Virus record (IMG/VR): IMGVR_UViG_3300047539_000004
Length of the DNA: 64,000 nt
DNA from: an uncultured virus (IMG/VR IMGVR_UViG_3300047539_000004)
Taxonomy: Duplodnaviria; Heunggongvirae; Uroviricota; Caudoviricetes
Strand: one strand, 5' to 3'
The notes under the pieces are model-generated. The model did no database searches, had not been told where the DNA came from, and saw only the letters and a list, made by a program, of their open reading frames with translations. Numbering within the stretch: position 1 is the first letter of the stretch; every line of letters starts with the position of its first letter. Both the position numbers and the translations under genes were made by a program. Positions 58,199 through 64,000 of the stretch are shown piece by piece.

Positions 58199-59557
58199 TT
58201 AGCTCCCCCAAGGACCATAAGGAGAAGAGGGGGTTGTTGTTCCGTAGCCAAAACTAGTCTCCATTACGATTGAACTTGGTACAAAGCCGAAGTCGTCAAG
58301 TTCCCTGTCAGCTTGACGTACAGCCTTATCAAGTGCTTCTAATGCCAGTTGTTGTTCTTGTGGAAACCTAGCTCTTACTTTCGGGTCTGGGTTTCTACGA
58401 TAGCATTGTGCGAAAAAGAGTTGCTTAAATGCCCACTCGAAATCATCTGGAATTGGATTCAAAAGCTGCTTCAAGTTGTTAAATCTTGGTGCTCTTATCT
58501 GTCCGACAGCTTGAATTAGCCATACAATACCTGATTGTGGGGGAATTGGATTTAGTCTGATTCCTTGCCCGACTGGGTTAATGGCGGTCCAGACACAAGT
58601 TCCATCGTCTACTGTGCTTGCGGCAACTCCCGGATTTCTGAATGTGGGATATGTAGGGGTTGCATTCCAAGCCGGTGCTGAAGAACCGCATGTACCAAAC
58701 GTAGTAAGCGCCCATAGGTTTCCGTTGGGGTCTGTAATACATGTGGTAGCATTTTGTGGAGTAATCAATACACCGAGAGGGTTAGTATAGATTACGCCCG
58801 GTCCCGGATTCTGTTGGCCGCTTTGGTTCGGTCCTGCTACAGTGGTCTGACCACTAGGGAATCCGGCTGTTGGGCCTTGTGGTGCAGCGCCCCATGTGCC
58901 GGTAATCAACATGCTATTTGGTAGCCATGAAATCTTACCTGTATAGGTTTGCTGATCGTTTGTTACTTGAAGGTCTTTATGTACTTCGAGTTGAAACTTC
59001 TGCTTAGGAATGGAGGTTTGGTTAATGTTTACTGCCCACGCGCTTTCTAACCAACCAAGGTTTACAAGGTTTGGAATGAAGTAGTCTTGCTGTAAACTAA
59101 TTGTGGGGAAAGGCGGGATGTTGTATCTGTTCCATTTCCAGTTGTACGGCTGTCCGATGTTTCCACCATTAATCATCGCTGCCATTGCATCGTTGGCGAT
59201 AGATAACGCCGGTGCCATGCTAGACCCACCAGTAGACAAAGCGGGAGCAACGTCCCCAAGGGTCCAAGCATCATCTACGACTTCCTGTAATCTAATTGTG
59301 GAGTTCCCCGGCACGATTGTGGGGCTAAATGGCGAAGCAGTTGCGTATACGAGTGCAAACCCAGTAATACCCGTATCTGAAGCAACTAAGTATAAATTGG
59401 TCGCATCGTACAGAACGGGCGATTGAAACCAAACTACACCGTCTGAGGTATATTCGAAAATAACCGATTGTGGAGTAACGCCCAGATTATGAGGTAATGT
59501 AAAGTTACCGGGCGCTGTTGTTGAAAATGCAACTGAAGTTGACACTGGCATGTACAT
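58199..59557 (-). CDS. adaptor-like virion protein, paralogue of 57401-58129
   Basis: PYNWKWNR, QQDY, LGWLESA, IRLNP.P, PIPDD. Confidence 0.65.
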   Translation of the reverse strand: MYMPVSTSVAFSTTAPGNFTLPHNLGVTPQSVIFEYTSDGVVWFQSPVLYDATNLYLVASDTGITGFALVYATASPFSPTIVPGNSTIRLQEVVDDAWTLGDVAPALSTGGSSMAPALSIANDAMAAMINGGNIGQPYNWKWNRYNIPPFPTISLQQDYFIPNLVNLGWLESAWAVNINQTSIPKQKFQLEVHKDLQVTNDQQTYTGKISWLPNSMLITGTWGAAPQGPTAGFPSGQTTVAGPNQSGQQNPGPGVIYTNPLGVLITPQNATTCITDPNGNLWALTTFGTCGSSAPAWNATPTYPTFRNPGVAASTVDDGTCVWTAINPVGQGIRLNPIPPQSGIVWLIQAVGQIRAPRFNNLKQLLNPIPDDFEWAFKQLFFAQCYRRNPDPKVRARFPQEQQLALEALDKAVRQADRELDDFGFVPSSIVMETSFGYGTTTPSSPYGPWGS

Positions 59558-59576
59558 TACCTCTTATTCTAAAATC

Positions 59577-60173
59577 TTAGATATATTTACCTAATGTGGT
59601 ATTCTCAGTTACTTCTCTGTAATACTCGCCATTATCTGAATAGCGGAAGGTATACGAACTTGAAGGAACATTTCTTGTCTGGAAGTCCTTTGCAATCTTG
59701 TATACTTCTCCTGCCATCTGGTAAGCTTCCTCACTCTTGTAGCTGCGTCTTACCGGAGGCTTCCATGTCTTACCGCAACGTAAACAGCGAATCCACATAT
59801 CACCGTTGGCGAATGTGTGCTTGAGTACGGCGTACTGTGAGTCGTCTCCTTGTCCAGCAACTACACCATTGGAACCTGTACCGCCCTTCTTATGGTTGCA
59901 ACGGCTCTGGTAGGCTTTCTCTGAGCTATTAAGAGCCTTGATAGTTTCACCATTAGTAAGACTTCTCTGACGCTTCGTTTCACGTTTTAGTTCACGCTCT
60001 TGAAGACGTTCCTGCAAATCCTGTAAATTAGCAGCCTTCTCTAATAGCTCTAGTTTCTTAGTCTCAACCTCTAATTGCTTTGATTCTAACTCCAAAGCTG
60101 CAATTTCTTTCTTGTTCGTGGGTTTGCCGTTGGACGCGCCTTCGGCATCTTCTAATAAATCTTGAACACTCAT
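59577..60173 (-). CDS. hypothetical protein (coiled coil plus Zn finger)
   Basis: C.HKKG...H......C.RCGK.W. Confidence 0.65.
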   Translation of the reverse strand: MSVQDLLEDAEGASNGKPTNKKEIAALELESKQLEVETKKLELLEKAANLQDLQERLQERELKRETKRQRSLTNGETIKALNSSEKAYQSRCNHKKGGTGSNGVVAGQGDDSQYAVLKHTFANGDMWIRCLRCGKTWKPPVRRSYKSEEAYQMAGEVYKIAKDFQTRNVPSSSYTFRYSDNGEYYREVTENTTLGKYI

Positions 60174-60193
60174 ATTCTCCTCTCTTTTTGTTA

Positions 60194-60844
60194 TTATCCG
60201 AGACTGCTTCCAGCATCACGAAACGCTTTCAGCAATCCATTGTATCTGTCGAAAGCCGCGTCTTGTCTTGGCTTTCCAAATTCTTTGTTAGCTTTCTCCT
60301 CAGTTATTACACCTTTAAGTATAGCTTGAAGCAAAACCGTCCTCCACCCGCGTCTCCTTTCAGCAAGCGGCACACCGTGATCATCAAAGTTCATAATTGA
60401 TAACTCTGGCATACTTCCAATCTGTGCCCACCCAACAATCTCTGAAGGAGAAAGCGCATCTTTCTGATAGTGCAGTACTGCTTTATCTACATGTGGATGT
60501 TGCGTATAGTGGCAGGTTACACCGGCCTTCCTAAGTTTAGTAATAAACTCAGCATGAGTCATTACCTTGCCTATTCTGGCCTCCAAGTCTTTGTATTCTT
60601 CTGGCTTAAGCCACTGATACTGAGAAGCAATCTCGTCATTACGCTCTTTCTCTTCTGCAAGGACTTCCTGAGACTCACTACTTAGTGGGGCATCTGCGTA
60701 TCTTTTACTAGCATACTCAGCTACTTGTGCAGATAGTTCTTCGGACATTTCCTGTTCGAACTCACTATCATACGTTTCCCACGGACCTTTCTCGGTGTTG
60801 AGTCTTGTACCTTGAAGTTTTTGGATTTCTGCTTGACTTGGCAT
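60194..60844 (-). CDS. hypothetical head-region protein
   Basis: MPE.S...D..G.P...RRGWRTVLL. Confidence 0.65.
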   Translation of the reverse strand: MPSQAEIQKLQGTRLNTEKGPWETYDSEFEQEMSEELSAQVAEYASKRYADAPLSSESQEVLAEEKERNDEIASQYQWLKPEEYKDLEARIGKVMTHAEFITKLRKAGVTCHYTQHPHVDKAVLHYQKDALSPSEIVGWAQIGSMPELSIMNFDDHGVPLAERRRGWRTVLLQAILKGVITEEKANKEFGKPRQDAAFDRYNGLLKAFRDAGSSLG

Positions 60845-61091
60845 AGCCCTCCAGCTATAAATACTGTCTGTTACTCGCTAATGCTTGTACAATGCAATTT
60901 ACCTAACGGTAACAGTGACTTCAAGCGGCTGCGCGGCCTAACTGAAGTCAAATATCTGCATACTTCCTTAAGAATTAGTAATCCACCTTTTCTTAATTCC
61001 CTACGCAGAAGAAACTTGTGGGAGTGTGTATGCCGGGGTAGGATATTCGGTCCCGCGCCTCAACTCCCTGCCCTCTGGCTTCAAGGGATTT

Positions 61092-61388
61092 TTATTCAGA
61101 ACTGTTGCCTTGGCTTATGGCTTGCTGCTTACCCAATGCTTCGAGTGCTAGCGCGACGATAGAATCATAATCCAATGGACCGCAATCTAACTCGCCAAGC
61201 GTCCACAGTTTTTCCAAAGCACGTTCGGATTCAGTCTCAGTTTCGCACAACTCTTGAAAGTTACTGTCTGCCTGATCCTGAGAGTTTTTTAGAGAGCGGC
61301 GTAGTTGCTTGTTGACACTACGCTGCACTCTGTTGTTTTTACGTAACACGAATACCTCTTCCGTCTCTTCCTGATACGTGCGTTCCAT
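61092..61388 (-). CDS. hypothetical protein
   Basis: AGGAG RBS; open frame. Confidence 0.55.
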   Translation of the reverse strand: MERTYQEETEEVFVLRKNNRVQRSVNKQLRRSLKNSQDQADSNFQELCETETESERALEKLWTLGELDCGPLDYDSIVALALEALGKQQAISQGNSSE

Positions 61389-61400
61389 TGTGTTCTCCTA

Positions 61401-62336
61401 TTAAGCAAGTACCTCAACGTTGACTGAAGCGTAAATCTTATTGATTGGCAAGCCATTCATAGGATTCCCGCTAGAAACAACATCACCAACACTGTTGTTA
61501 AATGTTGGGAAAGATACTTCAACTTCCACATGCCCAAGGGCCACTGCTGTAATCAAACCATCGGCACCAACTGTAGCAACTGCGGTGCTTGTCCCGGAAG
61601 GCTGATAGGTGTTACCTGTCAAGGTCTTTGAAGGATAAGCCACATAAGTTAGCTTGTTAGTTCCGCTCTCTTCTGAAGTTGCTGTTGCTGCATGTGTCTC
61701 AGCAATAGCATCAACGTTAACAAGAGTTAGGGTTGTTGCAGAAGATGCGGTAGCAAGGAAGGTTCCGTTGTTTGTGGGGTTAGTTACGAACCCGGCAATT
61801 GTGAAATCCTGTCCTGCAAGAGCATTAGAACCACCACCTGTGATTGTGCCTGTGTAAACTGCCACACCTTCGTCTGATGCGGCTGTAGCTGCATGTGTTT
61901 CTGCAACTGCTAGGTCCACAAGAGTCAAAGTTGTTGCAGAAGATGCTGTGCAACCAAACACGCCATTATTGGCCGCGTTTGTAAACCCGGCAACGGTAAA
62001 TGTATCTCCCGCAAATGCGTTAGAACCGCCGCCTGTAATTGTTCCGGTGAATACTGAATGAATTCCATCAGTAGAAGCAGCAACTGAAGTCAGCACTAAT
62101 ACACCGACTGAAGAAGCAGCAACTGAAGTTAGAGCCAATGCTGAACCTGTGTCAACCACCGCGCCTGAAACATCGGCAACTACGGGGTCAAGTTGAAAAG
62201 TCTCTGGGTAACCACCCACACCAGTCAATGACAACTTAACACCATTGTACCCCGGAGTTGTTTTGCCGGGATGAATGTTGCCAGTTGACAAAATCTGTGC
62301 TGCTACGCCAAGACCTGTAGTAGAATTAAATGCCAT
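61401..62336 (-). CDS. capsid decoration / Ig-like (Big_2) virion protein with an internal ~70-aa repeat
   Basis: VATV.ADGLITAVA.G; duplicated TGTITGGGSNA.AG..FT.AGF.N..NNG.F..TASSATTLTLV...AETHAATA. Confidence 0.7.
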   Translation of the reverse strand: MAFNSTTGLGVAAQILSTGNIHPGKTTPGYNGVKLSLTGVGGYPETFQLDPVVADVSGAVVDTGSALALTSVAASSVGVLVLTSVAASTDGIHSVFTGTITGGGSNAFAGDTFTVAGFTNAANNGVFGCTASSATTLTLVDLAVAETHAATAASDEGVAVYTGTITGGGSNALAGQDFTIAGFVTNPTNNGTFLATASSATTLTLVNVDAIAETHAATATSEESGTNKLTYVAYPSKTLTGNTYQPSGTSTAVATVGADGLITAVALGHVEVEVSFPTFNNSVGDVVSSGNPMNGLPINKIYASVNVEVLA

Positions 62337-62356
62337 TTATTTTCTCCATAGACGTC

Positions 62357-62381
62357 AAAGGAGAGTTTTTAGGCTCTCCTT
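62357..62381 (-). terminator. terminator-like hairpin after the capsid gene
   Basis: AAGGAGAG-cctaaaaa-CTCTCCTT. Confidence 0.55.
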
Positions 62382-62394
62382 CGATCAATTTGAA

Positions 62395-63773
62395 TTAGCT
62401 GATTGCGCTTGCGGCATCAATCTCACGGATTCTGATTGTTGTATCCTATTTGTTATCAATAACTTGCGTCATTGAGTTAGGTCATTTCTGCCTAACTCTC
62501 ATGGTTTTTGTTCCCATGAGAACGGACTATCGCATCACCTTTCGGTGCCCTCTCACTTAGTCTCTCACGCTGCCTTTCGGCTTGCGCCCTGTTAGCCATT
62601 TCAGCTTCCAAGTCAATCAGAGTGGGTTTATTACTCGCCCCAATACAATGTTTAGGGCCGAGCGAAGTTGTAAAATGAACTCTATCAATTTGTTATAATA
62701 TTTCCCAAATCTTTGGCTAAAGTATATATTTCTTCAAGCCTTTGTAAAACAACTTCTTGTGGAAGCTGTTTACCGTATGCGCGAGTCATGCTAGCTTCCA
62801 TCCAAGCTTTTAAAGTAAAGCTAGATTTGCTAGTCTGACATGATAAGAATCTGGTTTCTTCGTGTGTAGTGCAGCAAGGAACTAAGTTACCTTTTACATG
62901 GCCTATAGAGGAATTTAATCTATCTAATCCCCATACTTTACCATCTTCAGGCTTTCGTCCACAATAAGCACACACTCTAGGGTTTCCTTCACTATCTAAA
63001 TAGTAAGGAATAGCTTCAACAGGACTTGTAAATCCAAATTCCCGTTTTTCAAGTTTATCAGTCCACTTCATACTAGCGTAACGTTTCCGTATGCTCTTAT
63101 AATAACCGTTCGACATGGATTTAGCTTTTAAAACGCCTTCCATACCTTCCCGGTTAAAGTGAACTAGTTTACCTTGTTTTCTCCATTTCGCAGCCCATTC
63201 TTGAATAGTACCGATAGTTACGCCGGTTCTAGTTTGAATCTCTTTTTGACTACGATTTTTAGAAAGAAGTTCGAATACTTTATCTTCAGTTTCTTTATCA
63301 ATTTTTATCATGCATACCTTAGGAGATATTAGATTGAGCATTTCTGTCAATCTCTTATAGTTTTATTCCTATAAGATCGGACTATTACTTCAGCCGTTTG
63401 GCTGTCTTCTTGTTTAGTCTCTCACGGCGAAAAGAATTTGTCAAGTCTTTTCTTCCGCCTCGTTGCCGTTTCAGGTTTCGAGTCGATTAAAGAAGATTAC
63501 TGATATCCTGTTTAAAGGGTCAGCCCATATATGATATTCTTATATCATGTAATGTTTAGGAAGTCCATCCGGGGATTAGCCCTTCGGGATCGGCAACTGT
63601 CGGTTCCTGTTATTTAGTTGCCTACAACTTCTGAGAACGCCAAACCTTTTAAAATCAATAACTTACCAGCGTTCTGAACGATATTGCACTTGATGTTGCT
63701 CCATTCACCGTCACCAAAACCTGTATCGCCTTGCGCACCGAGTTTGATAGAGAAAATACCATCACGCCCGAAG
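62395..63773 (-). CDS. 3' part of the putative major capsid protein gene; exons 63668-63773, 63558-63606, 62654-62685, 62395-62445
   Basis: joined exons read in one frame FGRDGIFSIKLGAQGDTGFGDGEWSNIKCNIVQNA/EPTVADPEGLIPGWTS-Y-RVHFTTSLGP/DTTIRIREIDAASAIS*; upstream of the decoration protein; resembles N4-gp56-type capsid C-termini. Confidence 0.72.
62446..62653 (-). mobile_element. group I intron, 208 nt, no ORF
   Basis: exon U then intron AAACAUU...G; IGS UUGUAUU-GGGGCGAG pairs both exons; core GUGAGAGACUAA and GAUAGUCCG. Confidence 0.9.
62685..63350 (-). CDS. intron-encoded HTH plus HNH/His-Me homing endonuclease
   Basis: N-terminal HTH-like segment; CAYCG...GLDR.NSS.GH..GN.VPCC; the true start may be the downstream ATG (MIKID). 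Confidence 0.8.
   Translation of the reverse strand: MTEMLNLISPKVCMIKIDKETEDKVFELLSKNRSQKEIQTRTGVTIGTIQEWAAKWRKQGKLVHFNREGMEGVLKAKSMSNGYYKSIRKRYASMKWTDKLEKREFGFTSPVEAIPYYLDSEGNPRVCAYCGRKPEDGKVWGLDRLNSSIGHVKGNLVPCCTTHEETRFLSCQTSKSSFTLKAWMEASMTRAYGKQLPQEVVLQRLEEIYTLAKDLGNIITN
62686..63557 (-). mobile_element. group I intron, 872 nt, with endonuclease ORF
   Basis: splits a Tyr codon (U/AU); starts AAACAUU and ends G; core GUGAGAGACUAA and AAUAGUCCG. Confidence 0.88.
63607..63667 (-). mobile_element. 61-nt coreless group I-like mini-intron
   Basis: precise removal restores the frame; U/..G/ boundaries; P1 and P10 guide; ends UAACAG. Confidence 0.7.
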
Positions 63774-64000
63774 CTTGGATTGTTACTCGCTTTTTATAGC
63801 GGAGCAAGTCATTTCTGCTTGCTTCTTGGAGTTAAATTCTGTTATTAATTTGCAATGCTCTAGGAATGTAGTTTGTGAGTAGTTACTTTTGAATGAATTG
63901 CACACTCCGCAGCAAGCTACTGTATTCTCAGTTTGATAACCTTTTGCATTGTCTACTCTATCTACACCGTTATAGGTGTAACTATTTTGACTACCATAAC
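63774..64000 (-). mobile_element. 3' end of a further group I intron (truncated by the window edge)
   Basis: GCAAGCAGAAAUGACUUGC hairpin homologous to those in the other introns; ends UAACAAUCCAAG. Confidence 0.75.
63783..64000 (-). CDS. C-terminus of an intron-encoded HNH endonuclease (partial)
   Basis: YNGVDRVDNAKGYQTENTVACCGVCNSFKS. Confidence 0.8.
   Translation of the reverse strand, partial: YGSQNSYTYNGVDRVDNAKGYQTENTVACCGVCNSFKSNYSQTTFLEHCKLITEFNSKKQAEMTCSAIKSE

Noticed and set aside
63607..63666. Spliceosomal-intron reading of the insertion (GTAAGT...CTAA..CAG)
   Set aside because: GT-AG removal (60 nt) leaves the downstream exon out of frame. Only the 61-nt U/..G/ excision restores it, and the context is a bacteriophage.

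Overview
The window is most of a tailed dsDNA bacteriophage genome, probably a short-tailed podovirus-like phage of a diderm host. The + strand arm (to about 30.4 kb) holds early genes and replication/recombination genes: a Ycf46-type AAA/DUF1257/DUF2997/DUF3150 module, Zn-binding repeat paralogues, a tyrosine recombinase, exonuclease, RNA ligase, SF2 helicase, primase-helicase, kinase, endonuclease VII, methyltransferase, RecA and MazG. The - strand arm holds a class II RNR with an intein, tRNAs, lysis genes, ejection proteins, tail and fibre genes, and the 3' end of the putative major capsid gene. Main observations: (1) the last ~80 codons of the capsid gene are split by three group I introns plus a 61-nt insertion that keeps the P1/P10 guide and terminal G but has no catalytic core, a candidate non-autonomous mini-intron spliced in trans; (2) four fibre-like proteins in the tail module carry Sec signal peptides; (3) four early proteins share a C-terminal GRK[FM]R motif; (4) the AAA ATPase has Walker B placed before Walker A; (5) the RNR intein begins with Pro (class 3-like); (6) a tRNA-like gene has an 8-bp anticodon stem and 8-nt loop; (7) an oriented TTTGGTACT motif is spread through the early region. 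About ten single-base frameshifts suggest consensus indel errors. All family calls come from motif recognition by eye, not from database searches.
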